A stretch of 64,000 bases of DNA from an uncultured Verrucomicrobiae bacterium (GCA_963837955.1 CAWIPH010000001.1:516357-580356); one strand, 5' to 3'. Shown: positions 42,102-53,776, counted from the stretch's first letter. Notes: generated by a model from the letters alone, not told the origin. A program made the numbers and translations.

Positions 42102-43255
42102 GTCTTCTCAAATTTCGTCCAAACGGCGCCGTCTTTGGCGCTCTTGACCGCGGTCGTGATGAATGCCATACCGATTACTCCGTCATCGACGGTCGGGTAA
42201 TCGCAATCGCTCGGAATCGGTTTACCGGCAATTTCCGCTTCAATCGCGCGCGCTGCTTCCAAGTAGATGTTCGCGAATGCTTCGAGAAACGCTTCTGGAT
42301 GCCCGAACGGTAGTCGCGTAAACTTTTTTGCGACGTCGCTTACATATTCGTTACCGCGACGGAAAATTCTGCGTGGCGCATCCGGATACTTCACGATCAG
42401 ATCGTTGGGTTCTTCCTGATGCCATTCCAATGAAGCTTTCGTTCCGTACACTCGGATATTCAGATCGTTCTCTTCGCCGACAGAAATCTGAGAAGCACAG
42501 AGAACTCCCTTTGCTCCACCCCGGTACCGAAGCAGGAGGTTGCCATCATCCTCGAGTCTTCGACCGGGCACGAACGTGGTAAATTCTGCGCAAAGCTCCT
42601 CGATTTGCAGGCCGGTTATGTAGCGTCCGAGATTCTCTGCATGCGTCCCAATGTCGCCCATTGCACTGGAGGCCCCGGCTTTGCTCGGATCGGTGCGCCA
42701 TGCGGCTCCTTTTTTGCCTTCGGCGTCGATTGGTTGGATGAGCCACCCTTGCGGATATTCGGCAACTACTTTCAGTATTTTCCCTAGGTCTCCCTTGCGG
42801 ACCATTTCCCGCGCCTCTTTGACCATTGGGTAACCGGTGTAGTTATGCGTAAGCGCGAAGACCTTCCCCGTCTTTTTAACCAAATCGCGCAACTGAATCG
42901 CTTCGGCCAGATCGAAGGTCATCGGCTTATCGCAGACGATGTTAAATCCGGCTTCCAAAAACGTCTTTGCGACCGGAAAATGCGCGTGGTTTGGCGTAAC
43001 GATAGAGACGAAATCGATTCGCTGATCCTTCGGCAAACCGGCTTCAGTTTTTGCCATCGTTTCATAGTTCGGATAGACTCGCTTTGGATCGAGTCCGAGG
43101 TCCTCGCCGGAAAGGCGGGACTTCTCGGCGTCCGCCGAAAAAGCTCCAGCTACCAGATCTATCTTGCCGTCGAGCCAGGCGGCCATCCGATGAACGGCGC
43201 CAATAAAAGCATCGCGTCCGCCGCCGACCATTCCCATTCTTAGTTTACGTGCCAT
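42098..43255 (-). CDS. Gfo/Idh/MocA family oxidoreductase
   Basis: GMVGGG..FIG, TPNH, CDKP, DIGTH. Confidence 0.93.
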   Translation of the reverse strand: MARKLRMGMVGGGRDAFIGAVHRMAAWLDGKIDLVAGAFSADAEKSRLSGEDLGLDPKRVYPNYETMAKTEAGLPKDQRIDFVSIVTPNHAHFPVAKTFLEAGFNIVCDKPMTFDLAEAIQLRDLVKKTGKVFALTHNYTGYPMVKEAREMVRKGDLGKILKVVAEYPQGWLIQPIDAEGKKGAAWRTDPSKAGASSAMGDIGTHAENLGRYITGLQIEELCAEFTTFVPGRRLEDDGNLLLRYRGGAKGVLCASQISVGEENDLNIRVYGTKASLEWHQEEPNDLIVKYPDAPRRIFRRGNEYVSDVAKKFTRLPFGHPEAFLEAFANIYLEAARAIEAEIAGKPIPSDCDYPTVDDGVIGMAFITTAVKSAKDGAVWTKFEKT

Positions 43256-43271
43256 GATGATTTTCCGGTTA

Positions 43272-44306
<1,035 letters not shown>

Positions 44307-44382
44307 GATAGATTGAGGGATTGGAAGATTGGGGAATCGATGCCTAGTGGTCGGGAGGATAAAGGCTCACCAAGTATGATGA

Positions 44383-44410
44383 CCAATAGCAGATAGCCAA
44401 TAGCAAATAG
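44383..44410 (+). repeat. Orphan heptamer tandem (C[CA][AG]ATAG)x4
   Basis: CCAATAG CAGATAG CCAATAG CAAATAG. Confidence 0.65.
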
Positions 44411-44572
44411 GCGGCAACTCCTTAATGCGGAATTCATTCAGGTCTTGAAGAAATCAACGAGATCCGCCCAAATCTTCGGCGTCTTTTTGCATTCTCTTGG
44501 GACACTCCCTTCCTAGGGGTGGAACGAAATCCACCTTGATTCGACTGGACATAAAGGTTTACGGCTTCTTCC

Positions 44573-45616
44573 GTGGCGAGCAGCGAAACAGTAGTCTGGG
44601 AAGAGCGCTGGCATCCGCTCCGGGAGGAGTGGGTTCTTTACACTTCTCACCGAGGTGGACGCCCCTGGCTAGGCGAGACCAAAAAGGTCCGGGAAACAGA
44701 GGTTCCTGGGTATGACCCAAACTGCGCGCTTTGTCCGGGCAACCGGCGATTGCAGGGCCACAATCCCCACTATACCGGGGCCTTCTGGTTTACGAATGAT
44801 TTACCTTGTTTTGGAGCACCGGGTGTAATGCCAGGGGCAGACCAGGTTCACGAGATTCTTCGCGTGCGTCGGCCCGCTTACGGCACGGCGGAAGTCGTTT
44901 GTTATCACCCGAGCCACAACCGGACTTTTGCCGATCTGGAGACGACAGATGCGCTGGCGGTCGTGAACCTTTGGCGGGAGCGATACCTCGCTTTGGGGAA
45001 TCTCGACTATGTCGATCACGTGCTGATTTTCGAAAACAAAGGTGAACTTGTTGGAACCTCGAATCCCCACCCTCACTGCCAGATCTACGCGAGTTCGTTG
45101 ATCTATGGGATAACCGAAAGGGAAGTGGAAAGCGGCCGGCGCTACTTTCAGCGCACAGGGAAATTGCTCGGACAAGCGATTATGGAATTGGAATCGACCG
45201 GTCCAAGGCTGATTGCCGAGAACGAACACTTCTTGGCCTGTGTTCCCTGGTTTGCTCGTTATGCCTACGAGGTCTATGTCTTGCCCAAGCAACCTGCTTC
45301 GTCGTTGGCCGACCTCGATTCGATCCGTCAAACCGCTCTCGCCCAAATGATGATAGAGGTTGCGGTTCGCTACGATAATCTGTGGCAAATGCCGATGCCT
45401 TACGTGATGGCGATTCATCAGGCGCCGACTGACAAAGAGGATCATAGGTCCTATCCGTTCCATATTGAATACCACCCCCCACTGCGAAAGCCCGATACGA
45501 TGAAATATTTGGCGGGTCCGGAAATTGGCGGAGGTACCATGACGAACGAGTCAGATCCCGATGCCAAAGCTGCGGAGCTCCGCAACCTATCGAGCGTGCT
45601 TTACCGGAAGAAATGA
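44573..45616 (+). CDS. galT: Galactose-1-phosphate uridylyltransferase
   Basis: RPWLG, CALCPGN, FENKG, SNPHPHCQ (HPH), KYLAGPE. Confidence 0.9.
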   Translation: MASSETVVWEERWHPLREEWVLYTSHRGGRPWLGETKKVRETEVPGYDPNCALCPGNRRLQGHNPHYTGAFWFTNDLPCFGAPGVMPGADQVHEILRVRRPAYGTAEVVCYHPSHNRTFADLETTDALAVVNLWRERYLALGNLDYVDHVLIFENKGELVGTSNPHPHCQIYASSLIYGITEREVESGRRYFQRTGKLLGQAIMELESTGPRLIAENEHFLACVPWFARYAYEVYVLPKQPASSLADLDSIRQTALAQMMIEVAVRYDNLWQMPMPYVMAIHQAPTDKEDHRSYPFHIEYHPPLRKPDTMKYLAGPEIGGGTMTNESDPDAKAAELRNLSSVLYRKK

Positions 45617-45619
45617 ATA

Positions 45620-45752
45620 TCACGCAAAGACGCAAAGGCGCTAAGAATGCGATTTGGAAGAACTTCTGAGGCCTGGGCTGAATGCTCTGGCCGCTTCAGA
45701 GCAACTCGTTTCCAGTGTGTCGCCCCCTTTGCGCCTTGGCGTCTTTGCGTGA
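45620..45752. repeat. Octamer-unit inverted repeat pair with ~80-bp spacer
   Basis: TCACGCAAAGACGCAAAGGCGCTAAG (45620-45645) vs reverse complement of 45727-45752, 24/26 match. Confidence 0.85.
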
Positions 45753-45792
45753 GGTTCCTTTTTGTCCTCTTTGCGTGGTACGAATTGACAGT

Positions 45793-46803
45793 ATGGCTTT
45801 AGATCTGGAAAACATCCGTCGACTGCTTTTGCAGCTAGGAGATGAAGTCCGTGACCGCTTGGTCTCGGCAAGGTCGGGCGCTGGCGCAGCAGAATTTTCC
45901 ACGATTTCGCGAGAAAGTGCTGCTGACACGATCTATGAGATCGACCGGCTCAGTGAGATCGCCATCGAAGCCTGGTTCGTCGAGCGTTGGCCGGCTGATA
46001 TCCCGGTGGAGGTGGTGATGGAAGGGATCGATCCGGAAAGACCGATGATCGTGCCGCGTGGGACATCCCTGGCCGACACCCTGGTGAAATGTATTCTTGA
46101 TCCGATAGATGGCACCCGCGGGATCATGTACGACAAACGGTCCGCCTGGTTTTTGGCGGGCGTTGCACCGCAGCTGGGCGCAAAGACGCGGCTCCAGGAT
46201 ATCCAGGTGGCAGCGATGGTGGAATTGCCAACAACGAAGCAGTGGCGGGCCGACCGATGTTCCGCGATTCGTGGCCAGGGCGTTCGAGCTGAGTCTGTAA
46301 ATGTTTTTACTGGGGAAGTGCTTCCACTCCAACTCCGGCCTTCGCGCGCGGACACCATGCTGCACGGCTACGGGTATATCTCGCGGTTTTTTCCTGCCGG
46401 GAAAGCATTATTGGCAGAGATCGAACAAACGCTTTGGGAGCGCCTTTACGGACGGGGGCCGGAAAAGGAAATTGTGATTTTCGAAGACCAGTACATATCG
46501 ACGGGCGGACAGTTTTACGAATTGCTGACAGGCCGCGATCGGATGATCGCTGATCTCCGGCTGATAGTCTTCCGGAAGCTTGGTTTGGACTCGGCGCTTT
46601 GCTGTCATCCGTATGACGTCGCGGCAATGCTCGTACTTCGAGAAGCAGGGGTCATTCTGGAATCCCCCGGTGGCGCGCCTCTGGATGGCCCATTTGACAC
46701 GACCTCACCAATCTCATGGGTGGCATATGCAAATTTGGAACTCGCCAATCGTATCCGGCCAGTCTTAAAAACAGTTCTGGAGGAGTTCCTCGATGTCCGC
46801 TGA
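45793..46803 (+). CDS. Inositol monophosphatase (FIG superfamily)-like protein
   Basis: ILDPIDGT and HPYDVAA motifs. Confidence 0.82.
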   Translation: MALDLENIRRLLLQLGDEVRDRLVSARSGAGAAEFSTISRESAADTIYEIDRLSEIAIEAWFVERWPADIPVEVVMEGIDPERPMIVPRGTSLADTLVKCILDPIDGTRGIMYDKRSAWFLAGVAPQLGAKTRLQDIQVAAMVELPTTKQWRADRCSAIRGQGVRAESVNVFTGEVLPLQLRPSRADTMLHGYGYISRFFPAGKALLAEIEQTLWERLYGRGPEKEIVIFEDQYISTGGQFYELLTGRDRMIADLRLIVFRKLGLDSALCCHPYDVAAMLVLREAGVILESPGGAPLDGPFDTTSPISWVAYANLELANRIRPVLKTVLEEFLDVR

Positions 46804-48094
46804 AGCAACTGCGCCTGGACGTATCGATTTTTTAGGCGGCGTCGCTGATTATTCCGGTTCGTGGGTTCTGGAAGCGCCAATCCATCGCGTGACGAAGGTA
46901 ACGATCAGCTTTGCCGATCGGTGGACATTTCAATCCCACCAAGCCGAGGATTACATTCTGCCGGAAGAGTTCTGGCCCGAGATATCCGCGCAGACAGAAT
47001 TGGCTGCGGTTCGCCAAGCGCTGGGGAATGCCGGAGTGCCCACCTGGGTAAAATACGTGCTCGGATGCGTTTTGGTGCTCGTCCACGATCGCAAGTTGAG
47101 CTTGCCGATTCGATCCCTGGCTGTTGCGGTCGAATCCGCTGTCCCGCTGGGAATGGGTGTTAGCAGTAGCGCCGCCATCGAGATAGCCACTCTCCGCGCT
47201 CTCACCCAGCTTTTTGATCTTGCCTGGAAGAGGACCGAGCTCGCGCGTGCAGCTCAGCGCGCAGAAAACGAAATTGTCGGCGCGCCCTGCGGTTTGATGG
47301 ATCAGCTCACATCCGCGTATGGTCGTGCCCGTTCATTGTTGCCCATACTCTGCCGACCCGATGAGCTCGACGACCCGATTCCGTTACCGGAAGGAGTTGC
47401 GATTGCTGGTTGGCCCAGCGGAGTAAAGCACAGCGTAGGGGCTTCCCCATACAAGACCGCGCGAACGGGCGCCTTCATGGGGAAGCGGATACTGGAGGTG
47501 GAGCTGCGGAAGGAGGTCGCGCATTTAGCCGAGATCCGAGGGTCCGAACTAGCGCGAGTCGCTGACAAATTACCGTTGCAAATGAGCGGTCGCGAGTTTG
47601 TGCAGAAACACCGATCACACGACGATCCACAAACCGCGTTTCCCGATCTCCCTGATGATGCTGCGCCACCAGGTTCCGTCGAGAGGCCTCTACTGAGCTC
47701 GGCCGAAGTGGAGCAATTGGATCGCCAATATCCGGTGCGAGCTGCGGTACAATTTCCAATCGAAGAATCCTACCGCGCGCAGCTGGCGAAGAGCCTGTTG
47801 CGCAGTTTACCGAGAGAGCCAGCTCACATCCGATCTGATCAATTGCGCGTGATTGGGGAACTGATGTTTCAATCTCACGAGGGCTATAATGCGATGGGGC
47901 TTGGCTCTACCGAAACCGACGAGATGGTCGGCGCGCTCAAAGAAATTAGTCCGGATCAAGGAATCTACGGAGCTCGCGTCAGCGCCGGGGGCAGCGGCGG
48001 AACCGTTGTCGTGTTGCTAGAGGAGACGGCTCTTCCAGGCCTTGAGCAGCTTCGTCAAATTTTTAATACTCCGCACCCGCTGATTCTTGTGTGA
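46793..48094 (+). CDS. GHMP sugar kinase (galactokinase / L-arabinokinase-like)
   Basis: APGRIDFLGGVADYSGS, PLGMGVSSSAA, GAPCGLMDQ, GGSGG. Confidence 0.88.
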   Translation: MSAEATAPGRIDFLGGVADYSGSWVLEAPIHRVTKVTISFADRWTFQSHQAEDYILPEEFWPEISAQTELAAVRQALGNAGVPTWVKYVLGCVLVLVHDRKLSLPIRSLAVAVESAVPLGMGVSSSAAIEIATLRALTQLFDLAWKRTELARAAQRAENEIVGAPCGLMDQLTSAYGRARSLLPILCRPDELDDPIPLPEGVAIAGWPSGVKHSVGASPYKTARTGAFMGKRILEVELRKEVAHLAEIRGSELARVADKLPLQMSGREFVQKHRSHDDPQTAFPDLPDDAAPPGSVERPLLSSAEVEQLDRQYPVRAAVQFPIEESYRAQLAKSLLRSLPREPAHIRSDQLRVIGELMFQSHEGYNAMGLGSTETDEMVGALKEISPDQGIYGARVSAGGSGGTVVVLLEETALPGLEQLRQIFNTPHPLILV

Positions 48095-48149
48095 TGCGCG
48101 TCAACATGAGGGTCGCGATCAGCTTCGCGCAGTTCCGCCCGGGCATGTG

Positions 48150-48383
48150 AAATCAGTCCCGTAGGGATCCAATGAAAGTAGCCCAGTACGAAGTGCTGGG
48201 TTGGCGTTCAGAAAAAGCGACCCGTCCCGAACGGGACGATCGAAACGTTCGGCTATCGGGTCCAATTGCGGTTTGGTAACGGGAGCGCAGGTCGATCGTC
48301 CCTACCGGGACGGACACGTCTTTTGATTTTGCCCAGCAATAAATTGCTGGGCTACTTTCATTGAGTCCCTCCGGGACTGATTT
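48150..48383. repeat. REPIN-like family B element, copy 2
   Basis: Shares CAATGAAAGTAGCCCAG..GAAGTGCTGGGTTGGCGTTCA and GGGCTACTTTCATTGAGTCCCTCCGGGAC with 33855-34099. Confidence 0.88.
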
Positions 48384-48507
48384 TCGCCGTGCCCGGCGGA
48401 GCTGCGCGAGCCTGATTGCGACCCTTTTGTTTGATGCGCATGCCCGGCTGGAGGCTGGGTTAGGACGCTTGACCTTTGTATTTATCAGGCCGAGTTGGAA
48501 GCCAAAC

Positions 48508-49269
48508 ATGTCGATAAAACGAATTTACGTTGCCTTATCTCTGGGTACCGCGCTGCTGTTGGGCGCCTGCACCCATGTTGCAACGAAGGTCGGCAATATT
48601 TCCAAAGGCGGGTTTACAACGGTTGTGCTCGACGCTGGCCATGGTGGCAAGGATAACGGTGGCACCAGCAGGAGAGGGTTAGTTCCTTTCCAACTCGAGA
48701 AGAATTTGACGCTTGATACCGCCAAGCGCGTGCGCGATCTGCTGAGCCGCTCAGGGTTCCGGGTCGTCATGATGCGTGAGGACGATTATTTTATTGAATT
48801 GGACGATCGCGTAGCTCGAGCGAACAGGGAAGGTAGTAGCGCAATCCTGGTCAGCATTCATTACAACGCAACCTCAAGCAGCTCGGCCAACGGCGCAGAA
48901 ACCTATTTTTGGCGCGTGGATAGTCATGGACTCGCGACGCGGATCGAGTCCCACCTGGTCAGCGCAACCGGCGAACACAACGGCGGTGTTATCCGCCGTC
49001 GATTAAGGCTTACCCGGAATCCTGATATCCGTTGTGTGCTTTGCGAGTGCGCCTACCTGACGAACCCTCAGGAGAATGCGAGGGTGGCCGACCCCAACAG
49101 CCGGCAACGGATTGCGCAAGCGATTACTGCCGGCATCCTGGAGCAAGCGCGACTGGGAGACGATGGCATTCCTTCCGTACCGGAAATCTGGGCTCCGCTC
49201 TCCCGAGCGGAAGATGCGCGGGGCGGCGGATCGGTGTCGCACCGGCACCGGGCAAAGGGCGGTAATTAA
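48508..49269 (+). CDS. N-acetylmuramoyl-L-alanine amidase (Amidase_3), probable lipoprotein
   Basis: LLGAC lipobox; VVLDAGHGGKD, EK, SIHYNA, VLCE. Confidence 0.92.
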   Translation: MSIKRIYVALSLGTALLLGACTHVATKVGNISKGGFTTVVLDAGHGGKDNGGTSRRGLVPFQLEKNLTLDTAKRVRDLLSRSGFRVVMMREDDYFIELDDRVARANREGSSAILVSIHYNATSSSSANGAETYFWRVDSHGLATRIESHLVSATGEHNGGVIRRRLRLTRNPDIRCVLCECAYLTNPQENARVADPNSRQRIAQAITAGILEQARLGDDGIPSVPEIWAPLSRAEDARGGGSVSHRHRAKGGN

Positions 49270-49394
49270 GAAAGCCTGGGAAAATTGTAGTCCTCACGGT
49301 TGTTGTTTTTCGGTAGGCTTCCCGACTTGCTCAGAGTGCGAGTCGCTCATAAGGGATTGTGAAAATTCAAGAGGAGGGTTACGTTAGAAAAGTC

Positions 49395-49619
49395 ATGGGA
49401 CAACAGAAAGCATCGGAGAAACTAGCGCGTTTTCGTTCAGCAACTCGAGCTTATCATGTCCTGGAGACCGCTGACGGTTGGGAAGTCAAGCGTATCGGCG
49501 GCCACGCCCGAAGATTTTCTGAGAAGGGCGCTGCGTTGTCGGCGGCGAAGAAGGCGGCGGCCGCAAAGAAGGTTCACGTTTTAGTACACGAATCGGGGAA
49601 TGTCGCCGAGGCGTTCTAA
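49395..49619 (+). CDS. DUF2188-like small protein
   Basis: HV....GWEVK..G....F..K..A...AK......V.VH..G pattern. Confidence 0.65.
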   Translation: MGQQKASEKLARFRSATRAYHVLETADGWEVKRIGGHARRFSEKGAALSAAKKAAAAKKVHVLVHESGNVAEAF

Positions 49620-50235
49620 AGCCATACCTACCGGGCTCTCCGTATTCTTGAATTGTCCTTTCGACGAAGAATATCGCCGAATTTTCGAAGCAATCGTTTT
49701 TACCGTCCATGTCTGCGGATTTACCTGCCGGTGTGCGCTTGAGGAAACGGACGCTGCAACTGTTCGGATAGAGAAAATTGTGGGGATGATCAGGGCGTGT
49801 GACTTCGGCGTTCATGACCTCAGCCGTGTCGATACCCATGGCAAGCTGCCCCGCTTCAATATGCCGCTGGAGCTCGGTCTTTTTCTCGGCGCCCAACGAT
49901 TCGGTCGAGGCAGACAAAAGAAGAAAAGATGCCTGATTTTGGAAGGTGAGAAGTTCCAATATCAACGGTTCATCTCAGATATTGCCGGTCAAGACCTCGC
50001 GGCTCACGGAGCGAACCCAGAGGAGGCGGTAAGCGCGGTCAGGAAATTTCTATCGGATTACGGCCCGCCAGAATCCAGGATCCCCGGCCGCAACCGGATC
50101 GTCGCCATGTGGAAAGATTTCACCGTCGCCTTACCTGGGCTGTTGCTCTACGCAAAGCAGGACAGAGAATCGATGACGTTTAAAGAGTTTCGCTCGTACG
50201 TGGCGGAATTCGTCGCAGCTCTGGCAGACACCTGA
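49600..50235 (+). CDS. Conserved hypothetical protein, nucleoside 2-deoxyribosyltransferase/TIR-like fold (inferred)
   Basis: VFLNCPFD, RIEKI..I..CDFGVHDLS, NMPLELGL, ISDIAG; overlaps the upstream gene by 20 bp. Confidence 0.7.
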   Translation: MSPRRSKAIPTGLSVFLNCPFDEEYRRIFEAIVFTVHVCGFTCRCALEETDAATVRIEKIVGMIRACDFGVHDLSRVDTHGKLPRFNMPLELGLFLGAQRFGRGRQKKKRCLILEGEKFQYQRFISDIAGQDLAAHGANPEEAVSAVRKFLSDYGPPESRIPGRNRIVAMWKDFTVALPGLLLYAKQDRESMTFKEFRSYVAEFVAALADT

Positions 50236-50380
50236 CCTCAAGATTCAAAAGCGTTCTGACAAATTGATGGCGATCCGCGATCTGGAAGGCAGATGATCAA
50301 AATTTTTGGGGTCAGGCTGGCTTTCCCACGGGTTCAAGCTACTGTGTTTGCTCGCTGACCCAAATCTCTACCTCACAAAC

Positions 50381-51478
50381 ATGATGTTTTCTCGAATTCC
50401 TTTTAATAGAGTCGACTGGCTCGTCAGTTCGTTCCTCATCGGTACTCTGTTTCTTTCGCTTACAGCGGTGCCTTTGTACCTCTATTTCTTCGGAATCGAT
50501 TGGTTTCAGATCGCGCTGTTCTTCGTCATGCTTTTTTCCTGCGGCTTTTCGATTACGCTGGGTTATCATCGGCTCTTTTCGCATCTTACATTCCAGGGAC
50601 ACTGGATTGTTCGGCTGTTTACTGTGATTTTCGGCGCCGGCGCGTTTGAGAACTCCGTCCTCCTTTGGGCCTGCGAGCATCGTAGCCACCATAAACATGT
50701 CGATCACGACGAAGACCCTTATTGCATCTCCAAGGGCTTCTTTTACGCGCACATGGGTTGGCTAATGTTCAAGCTCAAGCCGGAACCCTGTTTCGACAAC
50801 GTCGCTGACCTGAAAAAGGATCCCCTACTCGTGTGGCAGGATCGCTACATTCATCTGATCGCTTTGACAGTTGCGTTCGTGCTCCCGGCAACCATCGGCT
50901 TTGCCTGGGGCGGCTGGAAAGCAGCGCTCGGGGCTTTCTTGATTGCGGGGATTCTCCGCGTGGTAGTGCTTCAACACGCCACGTTTTGTATCAATTCGCT
51001 TTGTCATTACGTTGGCAGACAACCGTATTCCTCAAAGTGCAGCGCCCGGGACTCGTGGCTTCTGGCCATCGTTACGATGGGCGAAGGGTATCACAACTAT
51101 CATCACGAGTTTCAACATGACTACCGCAATGGCGTGAAGCCGTGGCAGATCGATCCCACCAAATGGATAATTTGGACTCTGTCCAAGATCGGTCTGGCCA
51201 AACAGCTCCGCCGGGTTCCCACGGAAAAAATCGTGCTTTGCGAACTCGCCGAAGCCCAACGCCAGCTGGAAAAAAGGCTCGCCAACCCCAGTCTCTCAGC
51301 AACAGCTGCTGCTTATATCGCAAGCAGTTATCAACGTTTGCAGGCCGCCGGTCACGCATGGGCGGAAGACCGGGCCAAGCAGATCGAAGTGACCCGGGAG
51401 ATGTTAACCGAACTCCGGCGGGAAATCCGCATCGCGATGAGTATCCTTCGACGCCCCGACTTCGCGCCCTCCTTCTAG
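50381..51478 (+). CDS. Delta-9 acyl-CoA/acyl-lipid desaturase
   Basis: GYHRLFSH, HRSHH, GEGYHNYHH, DPTKW. Confidence 0.93.
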   Translation: MMFSRIPFNRVDWLVSSFLIGTLFLSLTAVPLYLYFFGIDWFQIALFFVMLFSCGFSITLGYHRLFSHLTFQGHWIVRLFTVIFGAGAFENSVLLWACEHRSHHKHVDHDEDPYCISKGFFYAHMGWLMFKLKPEPCFDNVADLKKDPLLVWQDRYIHLIALTVAFVLPATIGFAWGGWKAALGAFLIAGILRVVVLQHATFCINSLCHYVGRQPYSSKCSARDSWLLAIVTMGEGYHNYHHEFQHDYRNGVKPWQIDPTKWIIWTLSKIGLAKQLRRVPTEKIVLCELAEAQRQLEKRLANPSLSATAAAYIASSYQRLQAAGHAWAEDRAKQIEVTREMLTELRREIRIAMSILRRPDFAPSF

Positions 51479-51689
51479 GCTCAGCAGACTTCCGACTTTG
51501 TCAATCCCTCCACGCTGGCATGACGGGCGCCGGAAGGCTAAGTCGGACTAGCTGTCTGGCAGCCAAGCTTCGGGTTCGAAGCCGAATAAACGAAGTCTAT
51601 AACGAACGACTATCCGTTCATACGCCTGATTCAATCACCCCTGGACGATTTGATTTCGCCGCGCTTGTTTGTCGGCGGTAGATGGCGCG

Positions 51690-53372
51690 ATGCTCAAGTC
51701 AACGGTTAGCAGTTCACCCCTGGTAGCATTTCTCTGCTTCGCGAGCGAAGCAGTTGCACCGCTTCCAGCTGGATTTCCCCCGGGGCCGGAATGGCTTCGG
51801 ACGGCGGTATTCTACCAGGTCTATCCACAGAGTTATTTCGACTCGAATGGCGACGGCATCGGTGATTTGCCCGGTATCATTGCCAAGCTTGATTACATCC
51901 GTTCGATCGGCATCAATGCGATTTGGATCAATCCTATTTTTGAGTCGCCTTTTGGTGACGCGGGTTATGACGTGGCCGACTTTTATAAGGTTGCTCCTCG
52001 ATATGGAACCAACGACGATCTGCGAAATCTTTGCGCCGAGGCGCACAAGCGTGGCATGCACGTCTGCCTCGATCTGGTGGCCGGTCATACCTCGGTCCTG
52101 AATCCATGGTTTCAGCAGTCAGCGTCTCGTAGCCAGCCAAACCGATTCTCGAATTGGTATATCTGGACTCCAGCGACTGAGAACGTTCCAGGATCACAAG
52201 CACTTCCTGGCCACGGCTATCGGCCCGAACGGTACTTGCCCAACTTCTTCCCGTTTCAACCGGCCCTCAATTATGGTTATGGGCAGCCCGATCCCCAGGA
52301 ACCTTGGCAACGTCCAACCTCGGATCGGGCCTGCGTTGCTGTGCGGGAGGAGCTGAAAAATGTGATGAAATTCTGGTTGGACTTGGGCGCTGACGGGTTT
52401 CGAGTGGATTTGGCAGCCTCGCTCATCCGAAATGATCCGAATCATGTAGCGATCTCCGAGCTCTGGCACTATTACCGAGCCTGGTTTGATAAAGAATATC
52501 CTGAAGCGGTCTTAATCTCCGAATGGAGCGATCCGGCTACGGCTATCCCTGCCGGGTTCCACGTCGATTCGCTTCTTCAATTCGGTGAGCCTGCCTACGG
52601 AATACTCCTTGGCCCCAAGTCGCATCTCCACGGTGACGCTCGCGAGCCACATGCCTTCTTCGAGCGTGCAGGAGGCGGCGACATAAAGGCGTTCGTTGAT
52701 AATTACCTCAAGCACTATACCGCGACGAAATCCCGCGGTTACATCGCAATGCCGACGGGCAACCACGATATGCCACGCCCCACCTGGGGGCGAAGTTTAC
52801 CGGAGGTCCGCACTATTTTGGCCATGCTGCTGACCATGCCCGGAGTGCCTTTTATTTATTACGGCGACGAGATCGGGATGAACTATTTGCCACAGACGCC
52901 AAACAAAGAGGGTGGGTTGCTCGATGACATACAGCGCTGCGGATCGCGAACGCCGATGCAGTGGTCCCAGGAAAAGAATGCCGGATTTTCGACGGCCACG
53001 CCGGACGAGCTTTATCTGCCGATCGATCCGTCCACATCCCGGCCGGATGTAGCAACGCAGGAGAGAGATCCGGCATCCATGCTGAATTTTACCCGCGCCT
53101 TATTGAAGCTGCGTCGCGATCATCCGGCGCTGGCCAATGCCGCAGATTTTCGGCCCATTTACGCGGAAAAGAATGGTTATCCATTCGTTTATCTGCGCCG
53201 AGCGGACCGAGAGCGCATTATTGTTTCCGTCAATCCTGCCGGAAACGCCTGCTCGGTTGCATTGCCGGATGTGCTCAGGCTCCAACCGCTGCTGGTTCAA
53301 GGCGCGACCTTCCGGGACGGTCGCTTGGAGATGGACCCGGTTTCTTTCGGCATCTTTGCCGTCGAACGCTAA
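51690..53372 (+). CDS. GH13 alpha-amylase family glycosidase (alpha-glucosidase-like)
   Basis: DSNGDGIGDL, DLVAGH, DGFRVD, SEW, NHD, YYGDEIG, RTPMQW. Confidence 0.92.
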   Translation: MLKSTVSSSPLVAFLCFASEAVAPLPAGFPPGPEWLRTAVFYQVYPQSYFDSNGDGIGDLPGIIAKLDYIRSIGINAIWINPIFESPFGDAGYDVADFYKVAPRYGTNDDLRNLCAEAHKRGMHVCLDLVAGHTSVLNPWFQQSASRSQPNRFSNWYIWTPATENVPGSQALPGHGYRPERYLPNFFPFQPALNYGYGQPDPQEPWQRPTSDRACVAVREELKNVMKFWLDLGADGFRVDLAASLIRNDPNHVAISELWHYYRAWFDKEYPEAVLISEWSDPATAIPAGFHVDSLLQFGEPAYGILLGPKSHLHGDAREPHAFFERAGGGDIKAFVDNYLKHYTATKSRGYIAMPTGNHDMPRPTWGRSLPEVRTILAMLLTMPGVPFIYYGDEIGMNYLPQTPNKEGGLLDDIQRCGSRTPMQWSQEKNAGFSTATPDELYLPIDPSTSRPDVATQERDPASMLNFTRALLKLRRDHPALANAADFRPIYAEKNGYPFVYLRRADRERIIVSVNPAGNACSVALPDVLRLQPLLVQGATFRDGRLEMDPVSFGIFAVER

Positions 53373-53427
53373 GCGCAACCGTTTGCTTTTAGCCAGGTCT
53401 TGCGGTTATGTTCCTGCTTCCCAAAAT

Positions 53428-53776
53428 GGGGGCGTACTGGTTTCGACTTAAGGTCTGATGATCGGACGGCATGCCGAGGATGACTTGTTGGCCTCGTTAA
53501 AAATCGAGTCAAAAAAATCAATTGCCAACCAAGAATTGGCCCTCGCGGCTTAATTGACCGTGACGTTCCCGGCTGGATGTCTGCTAAAGCCGGGGACGAC
53601 GACAGCAGGCTGGTCTGAAGGCGGAGCGACCGCGCCGGAGGACGAGAAAATTTCGTGGACGCAAAGGGTAAGGCAGGTAGCTGACCGGCTCGCCTTACTC
53701 TACTAGCGGTCAGATAAGCATGTAGAGGTTCGGTTTGATGGTCTTAAGGACAGGGGTTCAACTCCCCTCGCCTCCA
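53428..53776 (+). ncRNA. ssrA: tmRNA; tag reading (A)ANQELALAA* at 53524-53553
   Basis: 5' GGGGGCGTACTGGTTTCGAC, 3' GGGGTTCAACTCCCCTCGCCTCCA with G3:U pair, tag ending ALAA-stop; CCA not encoded. Confidence 0.95.
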
